Virus record (IMG/VR): IMGVR_UViG_3300046055_000006
Coordinates: 1-40,461 of that record
DNA from: a virus
Taxonomy: Duplodnaviria; Caudoviricetes
DNA: 40,461 bases
Direction: 5' to 3' (one strand)
The first letter of the stretch is position 1, and the number at the start of each line of letters is the position of its first letter. Positions 1 through 6,913 of the stretch are shown one piece after another. The position numbers and the translations under genes are program-made. The notes beneath the pieces are model-generated. The model did not search any database and was not told the origin of the DNA. It saw only the letters and a list, made by a program, of their open reading frames with translations.

Positions 1-852
1 CATCGAAGCAACATGAAGCCACTCAGCAGGTGGAAGCACAGGATCAATGACGTTGTGTTCCCCAAACTGCTTGAAAACTAGCCCGCCAATCTGGACGTAC
101 TTTCCTTCTTTACGGGCTTTCTTTTCATCCTTGGTTAAACCCGTGAGGAAGGCTTCCACTTCTGCTTCGCCCAGGTGAGGATTCTGGCCCATGTCTACTT
201 GAGTGACAGAAAGCTCAGGATCGGTTGTAGAAGCTGTAAACACGTAGTCGTAGGTCCATGTCATTCCTTCCACAGGCGTCATAGTCATAATCCATGACCC
301 GTTTGTGTCGATTAGCCTCATTCGGCACTCAGTGAAAATTGAATAAGGAACTTCCTCGTCAAACCAAATCAAGTGCCGTGAAGTGCCAGAAAATTTATCC
401 AGGTCTTGATCGTGGGACATGAACTCCAAAGTTGAACCGTTGGCTAAGGTTAAGACCTTTAACTCACGATCGTAAGCAGTGTTCCAAGCCCCGCCCTGCA
501 ATTCTGAGAGTGGCAGCCAACGGGCTATCTCAGGGCGCACAACCTTTTCGATACCGTTAATAAAATCGACAGAAACCGCCCTCGCGTGAATCGGTGGTTC
601 AGGTGTGAGCAAATAAGGGTGTTGCCCTGTAAGCCACCACACCATTTCTGTGGCCCCTGCTACGGTTTTGCCAGAACGGTTACCTCCCACGAATTGTCGG
701 CCCTTGGCACTTTTAGAGTGAAACTCTAACTGCTTTTCATGAGGCTGATACCCATAGATATTAGGTTTATGGGCTGATTTCCTTAAACCTTGGACGAGCC
801 GGGAGACAGCCTCACTTTGAGAGAGCTGTTGTTTTTGCTTTTTAGTGCTCAA
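1..852 (-). CDS. terL: Terminase large subunit, N-terminal ATPase half (runs off the window start and continues at 40304)
   Basis: Not in the ORF track; translated by hand with no stops from the TTG at 852 to position 1. Contains Walker A GGNRSGKT, Walker B LIWFDEE and coupling motif MTMTP. Ends ...EWLHVASM, matching the start of the 39669..40322 ORF. Joined protein about 495 aa. Confidence 0.93.
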   Translation of the reverse strand, partial: MSTKKQKQQLSQSEAVSRLVQGLRKSAHKPNIYGYQPHEKQLEFHSKSAKGRQFVGGNRSGKTVAGATEMVWWLTGQHPYLLTPEPPIHARAVSVDFINGIEKVVRPEIARWLPLSELQGGAWNTAYDRELKVLTLANGSTLEFMSHDQDLDKFSGTSRHLIWFDEEVPYSIFTECRMRLIDTNGSWIMTMTPVEGMTWTYDYVFTASTTDPELSVTQVDMGQNPHLGEAEVEAFLTGLTKDEKKARKEGKYVQIGGLVFKQFGEHNVIDPVLPPAEWLHVASM

Positions 853-1040
853 GAAACTCTCTGTTCAGGGGTACTCAGCGGAACCCGTTTTGGGGCTACA
901 GGCGGCCTACAGGCCCCGGGGCGCTTTGGGCGGCTTCCAAAGGTGTGCAACTGAGTTTCTAAGCGTCGTCGCATGGAAAGTAAACGTTCTAACTTGAGTT
1001 CCTGCGCGTCGACACACTTGAATTGAGTTCCCCAGGTCAC
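849..1040 (-). CDS. Hypothetical protein (doubtful)
   Basis: 4-nt overlaps with terS (GTGA) and terL (TTGA) suggest translational coupling, but the sequence is mostly repeat elements. Confidence 0.35.
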   Translation of the reverse strand: MTWGTQFKCVDAQELKLERLLSMRRRLETQLHTFGSRPKRPGACRPPVAPKRVPLSTPEQRVS

Positions 1041-1738
1041 AGTACGTCCTTGAAAGCACCGCGCTCTGGGCGGGTTTGGGTTTGTTGCTGTTGCTGAGGC
1101 AACTCCTTGGACTGCTCCGAGCCTGTTAACTCGTTGGTTTCCAATTCCGTGGCAATTGCTTCCAAAGTTGTCGGGTCGGTGACGTGCTTGGAGACAATTT
1201 CCACAACCTTCGTGAGTAGACCTTCGACATTGACGTCAACCTGAACCTTGGGGTTGTAGATGCCACGCATCTCGAAGAAGTATTTCGTGGCTTCGAGGTT
1301 GCCGTTCTCGATCGAGTTAATCAGCGTCTTGTACGCCGTGTGGTCCGAGTTTTGGAACAGGGCCTCAGCGCGACGTTTTAGGTAGTTTTGGAAGGCCGGC
1401 TCGTTGAGCCAAGCGTGGTACTTCTGGGAGCTTATGTTCAGGTCTTGGAGCTTTTCTCGTGTAGTCCGTTTGTCATGGGTGTTAAAGAGTAAGTTCGCAA
1501 GGAGTGCCTGCTCAGGAGTGACTAAGTCCTCTTGGTCTTGTTCGAGGGAATTTAAGTCGATTCCTCTGGCTAGGAGAGCCTGCCTGAAGATTGGATCTTT
1601 GTAGTGCTGTTTGATCTTGCTCTCTGAGAGGGAGAGTTTGTTGGCAGCCTTCGCGTAGGTTGGCAGGTGTCCGGTTTCCCAGAAATGTTGATCCAGGTAG
1701 GTAACTACTTGCTTCTGTTGGTCGGTTAAGTTAGCCAT
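1037..1738 (-). CDS. Putative terminase small subunit (HTH protein)
   Basis: Upstream of terL. Two HTH-like segments plus the YHAWLNEPAFQNYL...GNLEATKYFFEMRG pattern typical of TerS-like proteins. Confidence 0.65.
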   Translation of the reverse strand: MANLTDQQKQVVTYLDQHFWETGHLPTYAKAANKLSLSESKIKQHYKDPIFRQALLARGIDLNSLEQDQEDLVTPEQALLANLLFNTHDKRTTREKLQDLNISSQKYHAWLNEPAFQNYLKRRAEALFQNSDHTAYKTLINSIENGNLEATKYFFEMRGIYNPKVQVDVNVEGLLTKVVEIVSKHVTDPTTLEAIATELETNELTGSEQSKELPQQQQQTQTRPERGAFKDVL

Positions 1739-2273
1739 CGGTTAGCCTTGAGTAGTAGAATTCCTCTGTGCGTTCGTTTAGTTCATCAAGTTGTTCGAGT
1801 GTCCAGCCCGTGCCAAGTAAGGCTTCAGTGAGTTGGTTACTTAGTTGGAGCCTTTGCTTTTTGGCTAAGCGGTACAAGTGACTCGGTTGTACGGCGATTG
1901 CTTTAGCGAAGTTGGCCCTTGAGAAGTTGTTTTCCTTAAGCCATTGGGAGAGTGGGTCTCTGAGGAGTGTTGGTTCTGGGAGTTGATGTGGGGCGTAGGT
2001 TTCTTTGAATTTGAGGCGTTTATTGCTGATGAAGTCCTGGTAGTCGATTAGGAGGCTGTCGGTGTTAATCGGGTTATTGGCTGGGTTACCAATTGAGTTG
2101 TTGGCTAAGTAGTTGAGAATCTTTTGTGGTGGTTGGCTGTAACAACCCTGCTCAGCGAGGTACCAAGCCTGGGTGTGAACACCTGCCTGTTGTGCAGCCT
2201 CGGGGAGGGTGAGACCCAGGAGTTGGCGCTGTTGGCGGAGTGGGGAGCCCGTGAGTGGTACTCTCGTGTGCAT
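1731..2273 (-). CDS. XRE-family HTH regulator with two HTH domains
   Basis: LRQQRQLLGLTLPEAAQQAGV...WYLAEQG and a second LKENNFSRANFAKAIAVQPSHLYRL HTH. Confidence 0.7.
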   Translation of the reverse strand: MHTRVPLTGSPLRQQRQLLGLTLPEAAQQAGVHTQAWYLAEQGCYSQPPQKILNYLANNSIGNPANNPINTDSLLIDYQDFISNKRLKFKETYAPHQLPEPTLLRDPLSQWLKENNFSRANFAKAIAVQPSHLYRLAKKQRLQLSNQLTEALLGTGWTLEQLDELNERTEEFYYSRLTDG

Positions 2274-2282
2274 CGAGGGTGG

Positions 2283-2311
2283 AGTCTAGCACAAGGGTGA
2301 GAGGTATGCAA
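2283..2311 (-). promoter_or_regulatory. SigA-type extended -10 promoter heading the minus arm
   Basis: Minus strand reads TTGCAT-N17(ending TGC)-TAGACT; the -10 box ends 10 nt before the XRE ATG (near-leaderless transcript). Confidence 0.6.
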
Positions 2312-2455
2312 GTGCAGTTGAAACTGAGTGAGTACGAGAAATGGGCTTTGGATCAAGTTGGAGAAAAGTTTAAGTTGAGTCGTAAGCAAATGGTTGAGGA
2401 TGCTGTGAGAAATTATTTAGAGGATCGTGGGTACAGCCTAGGTCGTGGAGTCTAA
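2306..2455 (+). CDS. Ribbon-helix-helix (CopG/Arc-like) DNA-binding protein
   Basis: MQVQLKLSEYEKWALDQVGEKFKLSRKQMVEDAVRNYL fits the RHH pattern; GAGG just upstream of ATG 2306. Confidence 0.7.
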   Translation: MQVQLKLSEYEKWALDQVGEKFKLSRKQMVEDAVRNYLEDRGYSLGRGV

Positions 2456-2654
2456 TACGGAAATAGGGTGTGTTGTGGTTTGGATAATAATCTTTCCCGT
2501 ACTCGCCGGGACTCCGATCCATCGGATCGAACCCACACGTAACTACACGCATGTAACTCAGAAACTCCTGCTGGCAGACTCGACCGACCCTGTCAGTTGA
2601 CAGACTAGGCACACGCTCAGGTGCTTGCAAAAGTTAGCAAGTGCGTACGAAGTC

Positions 2655-2684
2655 TTGCGGCCCTCAGCGCTGCGACACTAGACT
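2655..2684 (+). promoter_or_regulatory. Candidate promoter TTGCGG-N18-TAGACT
   Basis: Resembles the phage promoter consensus; GACAC lies directly before the -10 box. Confidence 0.4.
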
Positions 2685-2758
2685 CCGCGTACTAGCATCC
2701 CGAGTGGATAAGCGTCGGTGGCAACCGCCACCGGGAGTCGATGAAAAAGGGATCAACG

Positions 2759-3529
2759 ATGACCGTGGATAAGACCCAGTACGGCGTTTCTTTCGAGGAA
2801 CTAAAGCGCGCCCGCGACGATTATGTCGCGTGCGTGCAACAGTACCACGACACGAAGAAGGCACTCGAGGAACAGCAAAAGAAGAACGAAAAGCCAGTCG
2901 CGGAACAGCGCCGTGACGCGGTCAAAAGCGAAGCAGGAAACGCTGGCCAGGCCGTCGCAGACGAGGTTGTGGAGTTTATCTTCCACAAGTTGAGCGAGGA
3001 ACCGTACGCGGCCGCTCACGTTCTTGACGCGCTCAACGGTGACCGGAAAACCGATGTGAAGGCGCTGGCCGACGAACTCGGGAAACCGTTCGTTGACCAA
3101 AACGACGAACCTGACAGTGACCTAGAGGAGCTACTTGACGACGCGGAAGCGCTTCAGGATGCCTTCTACGGTGTTCTGTGGTACAACGAAAAGGTTCAGA
3201 ACGTCGACACTTCTGAGCTTTACACAACGGTGACTCGGAAGAAGAACGGCACAAAGCAAGAAACCGTGGAACTCGACGTTCCACGGAAGCCCTACCGTCA
3301 GTCTGAGGATGGCGGCAAAAAGATCGGCCGACCTGCCAACAGTGAGCGAGTCACCTTCTACGTCAATGGAACCGAGGTTCCGAACGACGTGACCGTGCCG
3401 CGCCTTGCCACCGAATGGCTGGGCATGGGGATGACCCAGCTTCAGGCCCAACTTCCCGACGGCTGGGCGACGAATGGCTTCGACGGAGTCGAGGTCAACG
3501 GGCACACTCTGTCCGCAACCCGCAACTAG
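2759..3529 (+). CDS. Hypothetical protein with N-terminal coiled coil and possible C-terminal DNA-binding domain
   Basis: Long ORF with GC-rich codon use; RBS AAAAGGGA before ATG 2759; followed by a hairpin. Confidence 0.8.
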   Translation: MTVDKTQYGVSFEELKRARDDYVACVQQYHDTKKALEEQQKKNEKPVAEQRRDAVKSEAGNAGQAVADEVVEFIFHKLSEEPYAAAHVLDALNGDRKTDVKALADELGKPFVDQNDEPDSDLEELLDDAEALQDAFYGVLWYNEKVQNVDTSELYTTVTRKKNGTKQETVELDVPRKPYRQSEDGGKKIGRPANSERVTFYVNGTEVPNDVTVPRLATEWLGMGMTQLQAQLPDGWATNGFDGVEVNGHTLSATRN

Positions 3530-3536
3530 ACCCCAA

Positions 3537-3568
3537 CCCTGCCTCAGCCCGTTCGGGCTGAGGCAGGG
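3537..3568 (+). terminator. Perfect 14-bp hairpin, probable terminator
   Basis: CCCTGCCTCAGCCC-GTTC-GGGCTGAGGCAGGG directly after the stop; no U-tract. Confidence 0.7.
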
Positions 3569-3619
3569 ACAATCAAAAAGCGGTCAAATTTAGCAACGCG
3601 ACACGAAAGGGGAAAAGGA

Positions 3620-3940
3620 ATGAAAACTGGGGCCGAGCTTCGTACCGAAGATTTGGTCGAACAATGGGCTCTAACTAAATACATACCATCTACCCAGCGC
3701 GCCAAAACTGCCAAACACATATCCCAAGCCATGGATTTGTCACTATCTGAAGCAAGCAAACTAGTCGAGGATGAGGTCGATCGACGCACTCGACGCGTAC
3801 ATGATTGGATACGCGACCTTTCGGGACCGGACGGATTTACAAACAATGTTCTTATCGAAGTTATGGACAGTGAAGGATGCGGAGTCCGTATTGCCCGCGA
3901 GATGATCTATGACGCCTTGGGATACACTTTGATACGTTAA
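3620..3940 (+). CDS. Hypothetical protein
   Basis: Purine-rich RBS (GGGGAAAAGGA) and 106-aa ORF. Confidence 0.7.
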   Translation: MKTGAELRTEDLVEQWALTKYIPSTQRAKTAKHISQAMDLSLSEASKLVEDEVDRRTRRVHDWIRDLSGPDGFTNNVLIEVMDSEGCGVRIAREMIYDALGYTLIR

Positions 3941-3977
3941 ACTCGAAACACAACTAAATAAGGAAATGAAAAGGGGA

Positions 3978-4130
3978 ATGAAAAAGGAACCCTTGATGGG
4001 CTGCGAAACCCACGGTTGTGGCCTGGAAGCTACGACCATGCACGAAACAGGCGAAGGACTAAGGTTCCTCTGCGACGCTTGCGCCCAGGAACACTCAGAT
4101 AAGCTACTCGAAGTTTGGGAGGGTGTCTAA
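3978..4130 (+). CDS. Small Zn-finger protein (50 aa)
   Basis: Below the ORF-track cutoff. MKKEPLMGCETHGCGLEATTMHETGEGLRFLCDACAQEH...; RBS AAGGGGA; TAATG overlap with the next gene. Confidence 0.7.
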   Translation: MKKEPLMGCETHGCGLEATTMHETGEGLRFLCDACAQEHSDKLLEVWEGV

Positions 4131-4288
4131 TGGCTGATTGCAGCGACTGCAACGAGACACCTGCCAATTTTTGGTGCTTAGAGAACAACCGATTTCATCT
4201 TCTTCTCTGTTGGGATTGTCTCGTAAGATTGATAAACAAGAACAGTTTCGATCGAGTCCCTGAGAAGCTTTACGTAGAAAAGCTCTAA
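4130..4288 (+). CDS. Small Zn-finger protein (52 aa)
   Basis: MADCSDCNETPANFWCLENNRFHLLLCWDC...; GGAGG RBS; ends just before a terminator. Confidence 0.7.
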   Translation: MADCSDCNETPANFWCLENNRFHLLLCWDCLVRLINKNSFDRVPEKLYVEKL

Positions 4289-4302
4289 AGGTTCCACGTC
4301 TC

Positions 4303-4335
4303 AGCCCCGGACCCGTTTGGGTCCGGGGCTCTTTT
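4303..4335 (+). terminator. Rho-independent terminator
   Basis: AGCCCCGGACCC-GTTT-GGGTCCGGGGCT followed by CTTTT. Confidence 0.8.
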
Positions 4336-4606
4336 ACTGCCTGAAAGTTTCAAGTTTCTACGAAAGTCGGTCAATTTTAGAACGTGACACTTTTGTCTCA
4401 TAGAGACAAAGTTTCGGAACCCGTACACAGGCTACAGGCTTCTACAGCTTGCGGGGGCTTTAGGCGCGTCGTTACTTTTATTCAACCTTTTACTTCCCAC
4501 GCGCTTCTCTATTGACAGTTTGCTTTTATAGACGAGGGTTTATCGGAACTCGTTACTTTTCTACAGGATGGGGCTTACAGCCCCAGCAGGCCCCCCTGGC
4601 AGGGAA

Positions 4607-4680
4607 CGGCGCGGTGCGGAGTGCCGCCACTAAGTGATTTCTACTTGACATAGTCTCGGCGCGGTGTCGAGCACCGCCAC
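4607..4680. repeat. Two 24-bp GC-rich hairpin repeats, 50-bp period
   Basis: CGGCGCGGTGCGGAGTGCCGCCAC (4607) and CGGCGCGGTGTCGAGCACCGCCAC (4657). Confidence 0.8.
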
Positions 4681-4735
4681 GTTATGGCTTTCTATGTGCC
4701 TTCTACTGTAATTTGCCCGGAGTTTTTCATCGCTT

Positions 4736-5109
4736 TTTACTAACAAACTTAAATAGCAAGAATGGCAAATGACTCGGCCCGATCTCGCTGGTCACCCTAT
4801 GGGGTGACCAGCGTCGATCGGGGTCCCTTGTCACAATCGTCTGACAACTACATCTTGTAGTTGTTAGTCTGTGCCCTGGGATGAACCTCCTTGTTAACAA
4901 ACTCTCCTCTCTTTGTTACCCCCACTAACAACTGGCTAACAACTACGAACCGGCCTGTTATCACTAACTTTCACAATTGCACAGCTCTGTGCCCAGGGAC
5001 GATGCAGTTGTCAAACCCTACTACCCCTGTAGTTTGTTAACTTTAACAACTACCACCCTCCAATTTTAACAAGTAGGTAGTTGTTAGTGGCTCAAAGTTT
5101 GTTAGTAAA
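4736..5109. repeat. TAACAA/TTGTTA box array bounded by a 15-bp inverted repeat; candidate origin or operator array
   Basis: 12 exact boxes; TTTACTAACAAACTT (4736) and AAGTTTGTTAGTAAA (5095); long hairpin at about 4777-4826. Confidence 0.8.
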
Positions 5110-5164
5110 GCCTCCCAAAAAACTCCCAACAACCTTTTAAACTAGACACCGACTTCTTTCAACT

Positions 5165-5193
5165 TTGCGAGAGAACTCCATCCATGCTACACT
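5165..5193 (+). promoter_or_regulatory. Promoter TTGCGA-N17-TACACT (extended -10)
   Basis: One of four near-identical copies, each upstream of a gene start. Confidence 0.75.
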
Positions 5194-5235
5194 ACAAGCT
5201 GGCCAACAGAAACCCACTTTATTAAGGCGCGTAGC

Positions 5236-5832
5236 ATGCACTTGACAAGCCGTGAAGAACAAATGCTTCACCTTTTGAATCAACAACCACTTACTATTGA
5301 AACCATGTCCGAAAGTTTAAGCCTCACCTACCAAGGCGCGAAATCCATTCTTCGACGTCTAGAGGACAAAAACCTGGTACTAAAAAGTAACTCGAAGCCT
5401 GCACTCTGGTACCCGAAGACCTCCCCTGATGAAACTGACGAAGTTACTCAAGAAGAACCAGTCATCAAAACCTTCCCTGTCTTTTCAAAGACAGCTAATG
5501 AATATTGGGAACTATTAGACCTTGTTGATTTACTGTTTAATGAGGACAACCAAAACTTCGACTTTTCCGTCATGTTCTCTAGTCTAATGTATGCTCATTG
5601 GGCCTTCCAACTAGGTGAGCACACCGAGTTGTCTCCGCCACTTATTAAGAACAAACTCGCTAGGCTTCATCAACGTTTAGAAGCCTTAACAGATATGGTA
5701 AAACAAGTTCTCGATAACTACCCTTTAAATGACCACACCGACGAGTCAAACGTCGTACAAAACTACAACGTCAATCGAGAAGTAGCAGCAGAAAGGGCAC
5801 AGTACGCACTACAATTTGTCTCACTGGACTAA
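5236..5832 (+). CDS. Winged-HTH DNA-binding protein
   Basis: LTSREEQMLHLLNQQPLTIETMSESLSLTYQGAKSILRRLEDKNLV...KPALW, a TrmB/MarR-like wHTH. Confidence 0.75.
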   Translation: MHLTSREEQMLHLLNQQPLTIETMSESLSLTYQGAKSILRRLEDKNLVLKSNSKPALWYPKTSPDETDEVTQEEPVIKTFPVFSKTANEYWELLDLVDLLFNEDNQNFDFSVMFSSLMYAHWAFQLGEHTELSPPLIKNKLARLHQRLEALTDMVKQVLDNYPLNDHTDESNVVQNYNVNREVAAERAQYALQFVSLD

Positions 5833-5840
5833 CTCGCAAC

Positions 5841-5869
5841 TTGCGACAGAAGTCCTCGAGTGCTACACT
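5841..5869 (+). promoter_or_regulatory. Promoter TTGCGA-N17-TACACT
   Basis: Consensus copy followed by RBS AGAAAGG and ATG 5901. Confidence 0.75.
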
Positions 5870-5900
5870 TCATGCTGGACAACAGAAAGGTTACAAGGCG

Positions 5901-6143
5901 ATGCAAGAACAGAACCCCGACATAGAGATCATGTTCCCAGACACACTCAACGTAGCCGCAACTAAGGATGTAGAAGATAAGTACCTAACGCAGGTAGTTA
6001 CTTCCTCTCCCAAACAAGTGATCCACTTGTTTGGCACCTACGACGAAGCTCAAACTTTCATAAACGCGCTACAACATTCCCTGGATAACCCAGAATACGT
6101 TTGGGATTCCATCGAAGAAAACAGTTTTAAGAGAGACCTGTAA
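5901..6143 (+). CDS. Hypothetical protein (paralog family A)
   Basis: Start reassigned from TTG 5841 (which is the -35 box) to ATG 5901. Confidence 0.7.
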   Translation: MQEQNPDIEIMFPDTLNVAATKDVEDKYLTQVVTSSPKQVIHLFGTYDEAQTFINALQHSLDNPEYVWDSIEENSFKRDL

Positions 6144-6157
6144 AGAAAGGAAACACC

Positions 6158-6439
6158 ATGCGAGAGCATAGGCCTAATACAGAGCTCGCAGGCCTGTTAA
6201 ATGACCTGGAACAGGGAGAAGACCCAGAACACATAACTAATGCGTTGAGACTTCGTTACGAAAACCTACAACACATTAAAGACGACCTAGCTTCCATCAT
6301 CGGTGATCGACCACTCCATAAAGTGGACACTGTGATAGTTAAACTTGATTTCACCTTGAGGTTGCTTAACAACGACGAGCCGCAATTTGCTAGGGATGAG
6401 CTTCGACAAATCGTAACAGGAGCCCATGATGCAGCTTAG
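6158..6439 (+). CDS. Hypothetical protein
   Basis: RBS AGAAAGGA; within the operon. Confidence 0.7.
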   Translation: MREHRPNTELAGLLNDLEQGEDPEHITNALRLRYENLQHIKDDLASIIGDRPLHKVDTVIVKLDFTLRLLNNDEPQFARDELRQIVTGAHDAA

Positions 6440-6674
6440 GTTCGCAAATGACCTCAACGTGTCTAGCTCGTTTGACCACGAAAACTTTTACGTCTTAGCC
6501 CTCAACGACAAGCTTTTAGGTGAGCAGTACCACATTATCGGCACCCGAGTCCAGCTGGATAACTTCCTTGAGCAACTACACACGGCCCTAAACGAAGCAG
6601 AACCTTACGGCGCGTCAATTGTCAGGGATGCCTTCCACCAAGAGATTAAGCCTTCCAGAGACCTCCCAAACTAA
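6426..6674 (+). CDS. Hypothetical protein (paralog family A)
   Basis: AGGAG RBS; FDHENFY...IIGT...RDAF motif shared with its neighbour. Confidence 0.7.
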   Translation: MMQLRFANDLNVSSSFDHENFYVLALNDKLLGEQYHIIGTRVQLDNFLEQLHTALNEAEPYGASIVRDAFHQEIKPSRDLPN

Positions 6675-6913
6675 TGAAGCTCAGGCACGACTCCACCCTC
6701 TTTGACCACGAAGGTTTCTACTTAATCCGTCTTTTTAACAAAGTAACCCACGAAGCCTTCGACCTGGTAGGCACCTACCACCAGCTAACGAAGCTAAGAC
6801 AAGACGCTCAAGACCCCAACACCGAGTTACTTTTCAGGGACGCCTTCAGAATTAGCAACCTAGACGTAGTAGAAAACCTCAAAAACAAACCGGAAGGTGG
6901 ACAAATTGGATGA
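6674..6913 (+). CDS. Hypothetical protein (paralog family A)
   Basis: TAATG coupling; FDHEGFY...LVGT...RDAF. Confidence 0.7.
   Translation: MKLRHDSTLFDHEGFYLIRLFNKVTHEAFDLVGTYHQLTKLRQDAQDPNTELLFRDAFRISNLDVVENLKNKPEGGQIG

Noticed and set aside
4736-5109. MITE or insertion sequence
   Set aside because: No target-site duplication or transposase, and the inverted repeat is built from the same box as the internal array.
4336-5164. CRISPR or mini-CRISPR array in the non-coding region
   Set aside because: Repeats are 6-24 bp, in mixed orientation and irregularly spaced; only two 24-bp units and no cas operon.
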